NCBI GenBank assembly: GCA_965140705.1
Contig: OZ223302.1
Span: 544,001-608,000 of the forward strand
Direction of reading: 5' to 3'
From: an uncultured Arcobacter sp.
GTDB taxonomy: Bacteria; Campylobacterota; Campylobacteria; Campylobacterales; Arcobacteraceae
Length of the DNA stretch: 64,000 nt
A program made the translations under genes and the position numbers. Shown piece by piece: positions 19,279 through 30,003 of this stretch; position 1 is the stretch's first letter; every line of letters starts with the position of its first letter. The notes below the pieces were generated by a model. That model searched no databases. It had not been told where the DNA came from and worked only from the letters and a program-made list of their open reading frames with translations.

Positions 19279-19832
19279 ACTTCAACTCCATCATAAGAAA
19301 TCATCTCAAAATCAAACTTTTTAAACTGTTTCATTACTCTTTTTAAAAATGCTTTCTCTTTTGCATTTTCAAACTCTAGCTTGCTCATCTTCATAGATAT
19401 TATTTTATCATCTTCTTTAAAAATTTTAAAGCCTAAGTTTTTATCATAAGATATTGTATTGATATTATCTTTTTTAACATCTAAAAATATCTCTTCTTTT
19501 TGAAAAGTTTTAAAAATATACTCTAAAAAATAGATTGGAACAAGGGATTTAATCATAATATTCGCCTCTTCTAAAAAGAAAATTCCCCATTTAATATCTT
19601 CTTTTATATTAAAAATATTTACTCCACCTATAACTTTATCTTCAAAGATTATGGCAAAAAACTTTTTATCACTATTTTTTAAGCCCTTTACAAAACTTAT
19701 ATGATTTACAAGCTCTATAACACTTGTGTCTAAAGATACATTTCTAATATACTCTTTATTTCTTATCTCTAAAAGTTCTTTATGTTCTTCATTTGATAAA
19801 AAAAGATAATCTTTTAATACTATTTTATTCAT
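19275..19832 (-). CDS. pseH: PseH-like GNAT N-acyltransferase
   Basis: LLEIRN..YIR N-terminus, GNAT-like core; position between pseG and pseI. Confidence 0.7.
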   Translation of the reverse strand: MNKIVLKDYLFLSNEEHKELLEIRNKEYIRNVSLDTSVIELVNHISFVKGLKNSDKKFFAIIFEDKVIGGVNIFNIKEDIKWGIFFLEEANIMIKSLVPIYFLEYIFKTFQKEEIFLDVKKDNINTISYDKNLGFKIFKEDDKIISMKMSKLEFENAKEKAFLKRVMKQFKKFDFEMISYDGVEV

Positions 19833-20725
19833 ATCTTTGCCTCAAACTTTTTTAAAAACTCTTTTTTTGAAAATCTTTTCATACAAGCATATCTGTTCTT
19901 TTTTAGATATTTCATCATAAACTTTTGATTTGAAGCTGTTTGTATGGCTATAAACTCTTTATTTAGGTATATTATTTCATGTAGTATTGTACTTGGACTT
20001 ACTATTGCTAGATCTATTTTATGAATTAGTTTAGCTACATTTTTACTATTTATTATTAGTTTTATATTCTCAAAATCTTTTATAAACTCTTTTAGGCTCT
20101 TTATATTTTTATTTGCATTAGTTGTCAAAAGATAGATTTTTATATCTTTTTTCTTTTTTAGGCTTTTTAAAACTTTTAAAGAAATATTATCAAAATCACT
20201 TCCACCAAAGGCTATTAATATTTTTTTACTTTTTGATTTATTTCTTCTTAGATGTTTATAGTACTTAAACTCTTCTCGTATTAAAGTATATTTTTCACCA
20301 CATCTTAACTCACAAAAAGATGGTACTAAATCTTTATACTTTTTTTCTTGGGCATAAATGTTGTGATTTAATAAAATATCACAATAGTGTTTTTCATAAG
20401 TATCATCAAAAACTAAAACTTTCAAACTAGGATTTTGATTTTTGATTTGTTCTTCATAATTACAATCTATCTCATAATGGTCAATTATTAGAAAATCTAT
20501 ATTTAAACTCTTTATTAAATCATCTAACTCTTCCACATTATTTGAGTTTAATATTTTTAAATCATAACCTGCATCTAAGATTTTACTATTTATATTTCCC
20601 TCTAACTCTTGACAAGCAAAAGTTATATTTGAGTTAAAGTAGCGCTCTACTAAAACCAAATCCCTCATAATGTGCCCAATACCAATTAAAGATGAGGAAT
20701 CAGCTCTAACTAAAATATTTTTCAT
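19829..20725 (-). CDS. pseG: UDP-2,4-diacetamido-2,4,6-trideoxy-beta-L-altropyranose hydrolase
   Basis: RADSSSLIGIGHIMRDLVL, IDHY, FGGSD. Confidence 0.92.
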   Translation of the reverse strand: MKNILVRADSSSLIGIGHIMRDLVLVERYFNSNITFACQELEGNINSKILDAGYDLKILNSNNVEELDDLIKSLNIDFLIIDHYEIDCNYEEQIKNQNPSLKVLVFDDTYEKHYCDILLNHNIYAQEKKYKDLVPSFCELRCGEKYTLIREEFKYYKHLRRNKSKSKKILIAFGGSDFDNISLKVLKSLKKKKDIKIYLLTTNANKNIKSLKEFIKDFENIKLIINSKNVAKLIHKIDLAIVSPSTILHEIIYLNKEFIAIQTASNQKFMMKYLKKNRYACMKRFSKKEFLKKFEAKI

Positions 20726-21423
20726 GAAATTTTCTTTTGTCTTTTTAGAACTTCATATAAAACTTCTGCTCTCTCCCAATCTTCCAACGTATCAATATCT
20801 TGAACTAGATATCTTGGTAAAACAATTGGGATACTATCTTTTCCAAAAATTATATCTGTAGCTTTTTTATTTAAATTTGTCCAATAAAATTGTCCAGCAT
20901 CTTGATAAGCTTCTTCCAAATCTTGACTTCGTTTAGAAAAGTTTTCAGGCCAAAACATCTCACATCTATCATTATTGATTTTAAAAGTTCTCTGAATAGG
21001 AAATGGCATAGAAGTTGCACTAAAGGAGTGAACAGCATCACTATTTTGAAGTCTCTCTAAGCCCTTTTGTATATACTTCACTTGAAGTAATGGTGCTGTT
21101 GCATAGATACTGCAAACATAATCATACTTTTCACCCTGATTTTGCAAAAAAGATAAAGCATGGGATATAACAGCACCCGTTCCAGTAAAATCATCACTTA
21201 ATTCAACTGGTCTTAAAAAAGGAACTTCAGCCCCATACTCTTTAGCAACCTTAGCAATAGTTTCATCATCAGTTGAGACTATAACTTTGTCAAAGAGGTT
21301 TGATTTTAAAGCAGTTTCAATAGTATATGAAATAAGAGGTTTACCAAAAAAATCTTTTATATTCTTTTTAGGAATTCTTTTACTACCCCCACGAGCAGGG
21401 ATTATACAAACACTCTTAGACAC
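20722..21423 (-). CDS. pseF: Pseudaminic acid cytidylyltransferase
   Basis: IPARGGSKRIPKKN, RSQDLEEAYQDAGQFYW, QDIDT. Confidence 0.95.
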   Translation of the reverse strand: MSKSVCIIPARGGSKRIPKKNIKDFFGKPLISYTIETALKSNLFDKVIVSTDDETIAKVAKEYGAEVPFLRPVELSDDFTGTGAVISHALSFLQNQGEKYDYVCSIYATAPLLQVKYIQKGLERLQNSDAVHSFSATSMPFPIQRTFKINNDRCEMFWPENFSKRSQDLEEAYQDAGQFYWTNLNKKATDIIFGKDSIPIVLPRYLVQDIDTLEDWERAEVLYEVLKRQKKIS

Positions 21424-22546
21424 CTAGCACCTCTAACATTGATTTGATTACATAATCTTGTTCTTCATTTGTCAAGTTTGGATAAAGGGGTAAAGAAATA
21501 GCTTCTTTATAATACTTATCCATAACTGGTGTATTTTCATCTCCATAACCTAGATTTTTATAATATGGTTGTTTATTTATTGGAATATAGTGAAACTGTA
21601 AACCAATATTCTTTTCTCTCACTTTAGTTACAAACTCTTTTTTATTAGTATCAAATCTATCAAAATCAATATACACTACAAAAAGATGATAAGCAGATTC
21701 ATTAGTAAAATCATATATAGGTTTTATAAAATCATACTTTTCAAAAAGTTCACAATATCTTTTAGCTATTTTTCGTCTTTTTTCTAAAAATTCATCCAGT
21801 CTTTTTAATTGTGAAATACCTAAAGCACAAGCTATATCTGTAAGCCTATAATTAAATCCCAACTCACTCATATCATAATGCCAAGGTGCAATTTCACTAT
21901 TTGCTTTCATTCCATGATTTCTCAAAACTAAAAGCTTTTCATAAAGTTCTTTAGAATTTGTAGTAATAGCGCCACCCTCACCTGTAGTAAAACCTTTTAC
22001 AGGATGAAAAGAGAAAGTTGAGATATCACTATTTTTACAAGAACCAGCTTTTATACTGTCATTTACTGCTCCAATAGAGTGTGCACAATCTTCTAATATC
22101 TTTATATTATATTTATCTTTTAACTCTTTTAATCTTTTTTGATTTACACTAAGTCCTGAAAAATGAACCACATAAATTGCTTTAATAGAAGAGTCTTTTT
22201 TTAAGGCCTCTTCACAAAAGTCTAAATCAATATTTCCATCTTCACAAATATCCACAAAAATTGGTTTTGCATTTACATAAAGAATCGAATTAGATGTGGC
22301 TAAAAATGAGTTAGAAGTTGTTAAAACTTTATCATTTTCTTTTAAAAGTACAAGTGAAGCTAAATGTAAAGCTGCTGTTCCATTTGATACTGCCACACAA
22401 TATTTAGCACAAGTATATTTACAAAGAACCTCTTCAAATTCTTTTATCTTTGGTCCAGTAGTTAAATAATCACTTTTTAAAGTACTTACAACTGCCTCTA
22501 TATCTTCATCTGATATATTTTGTTTACTATAAGGAATAAAGTTCAT
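21416..22546 (-). CDS. pseC: UDP-4-amino-4,6-dideoxy-N-acetyl-beta-L-altrosamine transaminase
   Basis: IPYSKQ, NGTAALH, EDCAH, FSFHPVK, GFNYRLTD. Confidence 0.93.
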   Translation of the reverse strand: MNFIPYSKQNISDEDIEAVVSTLKSDYLTTGPKIKEFEEVLCKYTCAKYCVAVSNGTAALHLASLVLLKENDKVLTTSNSFLATSNSILYVNAKPIFVDICEDGNIDLDFCEEALKKDSSIKAIYVVHFSGLSVNQKRLKELKDKYNIKILEDCAHSIGAVNDSIKAGSCKNSDISTFSFHPVKGFTTGEGGAITTNSKELYEKLLVLRNHGMKANSEIAPWHYDMSELGFNYRLTDIACALGISQLKRLDEFLEKRRKIAKRYCELFEKYDFIKPIYDFTNESAYHLFVVYIDFDRFDTNKKEFVTKVREKNIGLQFHYIPINKQPYYKNLGYGDENTPVMDKYYKEAISLPLYPNLTNEEQDYVIKSMLEVLGV

Positions 22547-22552
22547 AAGAAA

Positions 22553-23596
<1,044 letters not shown>

Positions 23597-23649
23597 TTAT
23601 TTTAAGAGCAAATATGCAATAATTTAATAAATTCAAACTTAGGTATTTT

Positions 23650-23862
23650 ATGTCAGAAAATTTCATTCCAGAAGATATTATCAAGATTCAAAAAAAACTT
23701 GCTAGCTTTGAAAAGGGTTCAAGGAATTATAAAAAATATACTAAAATACTAGCAAAGCACATAAAAAAATTTACTATGAGAAAAAGAGTTACCTCTCATA
23801 TTAAGACCATTGAAAACATTCAAAAAATTGATGAAGAGCTAAATAAAAAAGATGAAGAATAA
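23650..23862 (+). CDS. Small basic hypothetical protein
   Basis: 70-aa ORF with AGGT RBS, divergent from pseB, upstream of recA. Confidence 0.7.
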   Translation: MSENFIPEDIIKIQKKLASFEKGSRNYKKYTKILAKHIKKFTMRKRVTSHIKTIENIQKIDEELNKKDEE

Positions 23863-23908
23863 ATTTTTATTACAATTTGTAATAATTTTTCTTAATTAAA
23901 AAACTTTC

Positions 23909-23917
23909 TGATAGAAT
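23909..23917 (+). promoter_or_regulatory. Candidate extended -10 (TGnTAGAAT) for recA
   Basis: TGATAGAAT about 30 nt before the recA ATG. Confidence 0.5.
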
Positions 23918-23947
23918 TACACAAAATTAAAACACGCAGGAAAAACG

Positions 23948-24988
23948 ATGGATGATAATCAAAAAAAATCACTAGAATTAGCAATTAAACAAATTGACAA
24001 GGCTTTTGGAAAAGGTTCACTTGTAAGATTAGGGGATAAAGAAACCGTTCCAGTTGAGTCAATAAGTACAGGTTCATTGGGACTTGACTTAGCATTAGGG
24101 GTTGGAGGATTACCAAAGGGAAGAGTAATAGAAATATATGGTCCTGAATCTTCAGGTAAGACTACACTTACTTTACACGCAATAGCTGAGTGCCAAAGAC
24201 AAGGTGGAGTTTGTGCCTTTATTGATGCAGAGCATGCACTTGATGTTATTTATGCAAAAAACTTAGGTGTTGATACAGATAACTTACTTGTTTCACAACC
24301 AGATTTTGGTGAGCAAGCTTTAGAAATACTTGAAACTGTTATTAGAAGTGGAGCTGTTGATTTAATAGTAATTGACTCAGTTGCAGCACTTACTCCAAAA
24401 GTAGAAATTGATGGTGATATGGATGACCAACAAGTTGGTGTTCAAGCTAGACTTATGAGTAAGGCTCTAAGAAAAATCACTGGGATTTTACATAAAATGA
24501 ACTGTACTGTAATCTTTATCAACCAAATCAGAATGAAAATTGGTATGACAGGATATGGAAGTCCAGAAACTACAACAGGTGGAAATGCACTTAAATTTTA
24601 CTCTTCAGTAAGACTTGATATTAGAAGAATAGCAACACTTAAACAAGCAGAAAACTCTATAGGAAATAGAGTAAAAGTAAAAGTTGTAAAAAATAAAGTT
24701 GCACCTCCATTCAAACAAGCAGAATTTGATATTATGTTTGGGGAAGGTATCTCAAAAATGGGTGAACTTGTCGATTATGGTGTTAAACTTGATATTGTCG
24801 ATAAAGCTGGGGCTTGGTTTAGCTACAATGATAGCAAAATCGGTCAAGGGAAAGAGAACTCAAAAGTATTTTTAAGAGAAAACCCAGATATAGCAAAAGA
24901 GATTGAAGATAAAATTCTTGAAGCTATGGGAGTAAATGATGCCATACCATTTGAAGGTGATGAAAGTTCAGAAGAAGGTGAAGATTAA
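23948..24988 (+). CDS. recA: Recombinase RecA
   Basis: [24 protein letters not shown]. Confidence 0.99.
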   Translation: MDDNQKKSLELAIKQIDKAFGKGSLVRLGDKETVPVESISTGSLGLDLALGVGGLPKGRVIEIYGPESSGKTTLTLHAIAECQRQGGVCAFIDAEHALDVIYAKNLGVDTDNLLVSQPDFGEQALEILETVIRSGAVDLIVIDSVAALTPKVEIDGDMDDQQVGVQARLMSKALRKITGILHKMNCTVIFINQIRMKIGMTGYGSPETTTGGNALKFYSSVRLDIRRIATLKQAENSIGNRVKVKVVKNKVAPPFKQAEFDIMFGEGISKMGELVDYGVKLDIVDKAGAWFSYNDSKIGQGKENSKVFLRENPDIAKEIEDKILEAMGVNDAIPFEGDESSEEGED

Positions 24989-25014
24989 TCTAAGAGAGAA
25001 GTCTCTTAGATTAA
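24985..25014 (+). terminator. Hairpin after recA
   Basis: TTAATCTAAGAGA-GAAG-TCTCTTAGATTAA perfect 13-bp stem; no strong U tract on the plus strand. Confidence 0.65.
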
Positions 25015-25131
25015 AATAACTTTATACATACAATATAGAAAACTACCCCAAATATTCACAAATACCTCCAATCACAAAAGAACTTTAAAATAAAATTTTA
25101 GATAAAATGATATAAATTTAAATATTTATAG

Positions 25132-26418
<1,287 letters not shown>

Positions 26419-26430
26419 TAGCAGAGTAAA

Positions 26431-26688
26431 ATGGCACAAAAAAGTAATCGTTTTATAAGTAAAGAGGTCAAACGATTTACTGTAATAGCAATAATTTCTA
26501 TTGCTATTACACTTTTTCTAAGCTATCATGTGGCAAACTTACTCTTTGGAGTAAATTCTTTTGAGGTCTATAAGTCACTTAAAAATAAAAGGTCTTATTT
26601 GACCAGTGAAATTAATAGACTTCAAGAGAGTAATGCAAGATTACAAAAAGAGTATTTTGAATTAAAAAATTTGGAGCCAGAAGAATGA
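26431..26688 (+). CDS. FtsB/septum-formation-initiator-like protein
   Basis: Single TM followed by coiled coil (..NARLQKEYFELK); conserved position after eno. Confidence 0.7.
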   Translation: MAQKSNRFISKEVKRFTVIAIISIAITLFLSYHVANLLFGVNSFEVYKSLKNKRSYLTSEINRLQESNARLQKEYFELKNLEPEE

Positions 26689-27503
26689 AATCTTTACCTT
26701 TATTTGTTACATCACTACTAATGGTTGCTTCTTTAGAAGCAAGAGAAAATCCGTTTATGCCAACAAAAGCATATAATGATGAAGTTGCAAGACTTATGGA
26801 AATAGACCAAAATTATCCACCTGAATTTATGGAGAAAAATCAAAATATTGAAACAGAAGATATGACTCCTATTTTAAGGGAAGGTGATGTAAATAAACCA
26901 GCTCCTACTGCTGTTGCAAAGAGTGAAGAAGAGTTGAAAAAAGAGCAAATGGAAAAAGAAGCTCAAATGAAAAAAGAAAAAGAACTTCAAGAAGCTCTTA
27001 AAAAAGTGGAAGCAGCTAAAAGAGAAGCAGCTATTGCAAAAAAAGAGAAACAAAAAGCACTAGAAAAAGCTAAAGAACTTGAAGAGAGAGGTCCTGTAGT
27101 TTATGTTAAACCAAGAGCTACTACAGAAATTTCACCAGAAGATACTACTGAACAAGCTTCTACTGTACAAGAAGATAAAACTATGCCTGCTGTTAAAAGT
27201 GTAGATATATTGCCATTTTTAAGACTTGAATATTCAAATGATAAAATGACATTAAACACAAAATATAAAATTATGAAAAAATTTTATATAGAAAATGAAA
27301 AAAAATTAATTATTGATTTTAAAGCAAATGTTTCATTTTTTACTAAAAACATAGTTTTAGACTCAACTAACTTCAAAAAAATAACTGTAGGAAACCATGG
27401 TGAAGAACACTTTTTTAGAGTTGTTGTTGAAGTAAATGATATGCCTTCAAACTATGATGTTTCTTTTGATGACACTTTAGTTTATATTGTCCCTAAACAA
27501 TAA
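26685..27503 (+). CDS. AMIN domain-containing exported protein
   Basis: Signal peptide ..EARENPF; C-terminal KLIIDF..GNH..FFRVVV. Confidence 0.75.
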   Translation: MKSLPLFVTSLLMVASLEARENPFMPTKAYNDEVARLMEIDQNYPPEFMEKNQNIETEDMTPILREGDVNKPAPTAVAKSEEELKKEQMEKEAQMKKEKELQEALKKVEAAKREAAIAKKEKQKALEKAKELEERGPVVYVKPRATTEISPEDTTEQASTVQEDKTMPAVKSVDILPFLRLEYSNDKMTLNTKYKIMKKFYIENEKKLIIDFKANVSFFTKNIVLDSTNFKKITVGNHGEEHFFRVVVEVNDMPSNYDVSFDDTLVYIVPKQ

Positions 27504-28634
27504 ATTATTTAATAATTTTATTATTATCATTACAATTAGAACTTCTAAGATAGAAGCTAATATAAATGCATAATAATAAAATTGCGTAATACTATGATTA
27601 TGATATGCCAAAGTGATTACTGCTATTAAAAGAGTAAGTGGCATTGAATGAGAAAGTCCTATTAAAAGAAATTCTCCTCTCTTTAAATCTTTCATAAACA
27701 AAAGAGAAGCTACAAGTCTTATGAAAATCATAGCCGCAACAATCATCAAAGCCTTTGCAAAAAGTCCATCATGGAACAATGACTCTAATTCAAAGGAAGT
27801 TCCAACATGAATAAAAAATATTGGTACCAACCATCCAAATCCAAAATGCTCCAATTTAGTTGGAAGTGCTTTATTATGTTCAAAGAATGTTTTTATAAAA
27901 GTTCCAGCAATAAATGCCCCAAATGCAACTTCAAGCTTTAAATAAATCATTATTGTAATCAATAAAAAGAAAATAGCCATAGATACACGGATATCTTGTT
28001 CTTGATGATCCTCTTCTGGCATAAGGTATCTTTTGATTTCAGGATACCACCATAATAAATTATGAAATATCTTGTAGATGATAATAAGAACAACTAAAAA
28101 AGCTGTAAATAACATCATAGTTTTTGCAAATTCCCAACGAAAACCAAGTTCCAACCCTGCAGAAACTGCTGTTAAAACTATAATAGAAACTATCTCTCCT
28201 ACTAAACCTATAAGAATAGATAAAGAGACCCAATCTTCTTCCCCATACTCTTTTTTTAGTGCTGCAAGCATTCCAATAGATATCAAAGGAAGTGTTACTA
28301 CAAAAATATTACTTAATTCAAAATACCAAGTAATAAGAAAAGACAAAGAGAATAATATGGCATTATAAACAAGGGATTTTTTCAAAATTTTAGGATCTGA
28401 ATCAATTATTCTTCTTAAATCAACTTCAAGACCTGCTAAAAACATCAAATACAAAAATCCAAGTTCTGCTACTAATTCAAAAATAGTATGTTCAACAATA
28501 AGTGAAAAATATACAGCAAGTGCACCTAATATAATCTCAACAGGAACCGTTGGTATTTTAGTAAACTTTGATACCAAGGGAGATATAAAAATTATAGTTG
28601 AGATTGTGATAATTATTAGGATTTCATCTGTCAT
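27477..28634 (-). CDS. Cation:proton antiporter (CPA2)
   Basis: Multi-TM; GFLYLMFLAGLEVD, FGAFIAG, VPIFFIHVG. Confidence 0.88.
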   Translation of the reverse strand: MTDEILIIITISTIIFISPLVSKFTKIPTVPVEIILGALAVYFSLIVEHTIFELVAELGFLYLMFLAGLEVDLRRIIDSDPKILKKSLVYNAILFSLSFLITWYFELSNIFVVTLPLISIGMLAALKKEYGEEDWVSLSILIGLVGEIVSIIVLTAVSAGLELGFRWEFAKTMMLFTAFLVVLIIIYKIFHNLLWWYPEIKRYLMPEEDHQEQDIRVSMAIFFLLITIMIYLKLEVAFGAFIAGTFIKTFFEHNKALPTKLEHFGFGWLVPIFFIHVGTSFELESLFHDGLFAKALMIVAAMIFIRLVASLLFMKDLKRGEFLLIGLSHSMPLTLLIAVITLAYHNHSITQFYYYAFILASILEVLIVMIIIKLLNNLLFRDNIN

Positions 28635-28647
28635 TTATATTCCTGTT

Positions 28648-29499
28648 TTAATCTCTTTCTCTTTTTATTCTAAAGCCTAACTTTTCAAGTTCTTGCATAT
28701 CTTCAAATGGAGATTTTCCAGCAGTTGTTAAATAATCTCCGATAACAAAAGCATTTGCACCTTTTTCGAAAATTTTATATTGCTCTTCTCCAAACATTAA
28801 CTCTCTTCCTCCTGCAACCATGATTTTCATAGCATTTGGTACCATTTTTCTAGCTAGCGTAATCAATTCAAATGCTTTTTCTCTTGTAAGATTACTCTCA
28901 GCAATAGGTAAAGCTTTATTGTGAATAAAAAAGTTTAAGGGTACATTCATAGGCTCTAATGATGCAATTGATTCAAGCATAGATACTCTTTGCTCTTGAG
29001 TCTCACCAAGACCAAATATCCCACCACATACAAGTCTCAATCCCACTTCTTTTACATTTTTACAAGTTTGATATCTCTCTTGCCAAGTATGAGTTGTAAC
29101 AATTTCAGGATAAAAATCTTCTGCTGTTTCTAAGTTATGATTATAAGCATCAACACCTGCTTCTTTTAGCGTTTGTAACTGCTCTACACTTGCAGTTCCA
29201 TTACAGGCAATTAAAATAAGTCCCAGATTCTCTTTTTTCACAGCTTTTGCAGCTTCAACAACAAATTTCAATCTCTTATCGTCTAAACCTTTCCCAGCAG
29301 TTACTAAACAAAATCCATTGGCATTATTTGCTTTTGCTCTTTTTGCTTCTGCAACAATTTGTTCTATCTCTTTTCTTTTATATCTTAAAATATCTGCTTT
29401 GTATTTTACACTTTGTGTACAAAATTTACAGTCTTCATTACATGTACCACTTTCAATATTACAAATAGCACATAAAAATATTTCTTTATTTTCGTTCAT
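28648..29499 (-). CDS. bioB: Biotin synthase
   Basis: CNEDCKFC radical-SAM motif, YNHNLET, GGIFGLGE, AGGRE, GDYLTT. Confidence 0.95.
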   Translation of the reverse strand: MNENKEIFLCAICNIESGTCNEDCKFCTQSVKYKADILRYKRKEIEQIVAEAKRAKANNANGFCLVTAGKGLDDKRLKFVVEAAKAVKKENLGLILIACNGTASVEQLQTLKEAGVDAYNHNLETAEDFYPEIVTTHTWQERYQTCKNVKEVGLRLVCGGIFGLGETQEQRVSMLESIASLEPMNVPLNFFIHNKALPIAESNLTREKAFELITLARKMVPNAMKIMVAGGRELMFGEEQYKIFEKGANAFVIGDYLTTAGKSPFEDMQELEKLGFRIKRERD

Positions 29500-30001
29500 A
29501 TCTAATCTCTTTTTTTAAAAATTCTTTTTCATTAATATTTCTTGAGTAATACTTAATTATATACTCATTTGGGTTAATTTCCAACAATACACACTCACTC
29601 AAAGGTTTTTCCCTAGCGCATATTTCACCAGGATTTAAAAACAAAGTTCCCTCTTTATACTCACTTTCAAATATATGAGTATGCCCAAAAATCACCACAT
29701 CGCTATCTGCATTTAGATAAAAAGGTAGATGCATAAGTTTAAACTTTACATCTTCAATTTTAAATAAATAAGGTTCATTTTCTATTTTATACTCATTTGA
29801 AAGACGAACTAAAGAGTTATCATTATTACCATATACACATACATAAGGTAAAGTTGACTCTTTTAATAATTCTAAGTTTTCTCTCAAACACAAATCACCT
29901 GCATGGACTAAATACTGTGCACCTTGTGATTTTAAAAAATCAATAGCTTCCTTTGTCAAATCAACTTTATTGTGACTATCAGAAAGAACTGCTACTTTCA
30001 A
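29486..30001 (-). CDS. YfcE-family metallophosphoesterase
   Basis: SDSH, HAGD, GNND, GHTH, NPG. Confidence 0.92.
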   Translation of the reverse strand: MKVAVLSDSHNKVDLTKEAIDFLKSQGAQYLVHAGDLCLRENLELLKESTLPYVCVYGNNDNSLVRLSNEYKIENEPYLFKIEDVKFKLMHLPFYLNADSDVVIFGHTHIFESEYKEGTLFLNPGEICAREKPLSECVLLEINPNEYIIKYYSRNINEKEFLKKEIRYERK

Positions 30002-30003
30002 AT

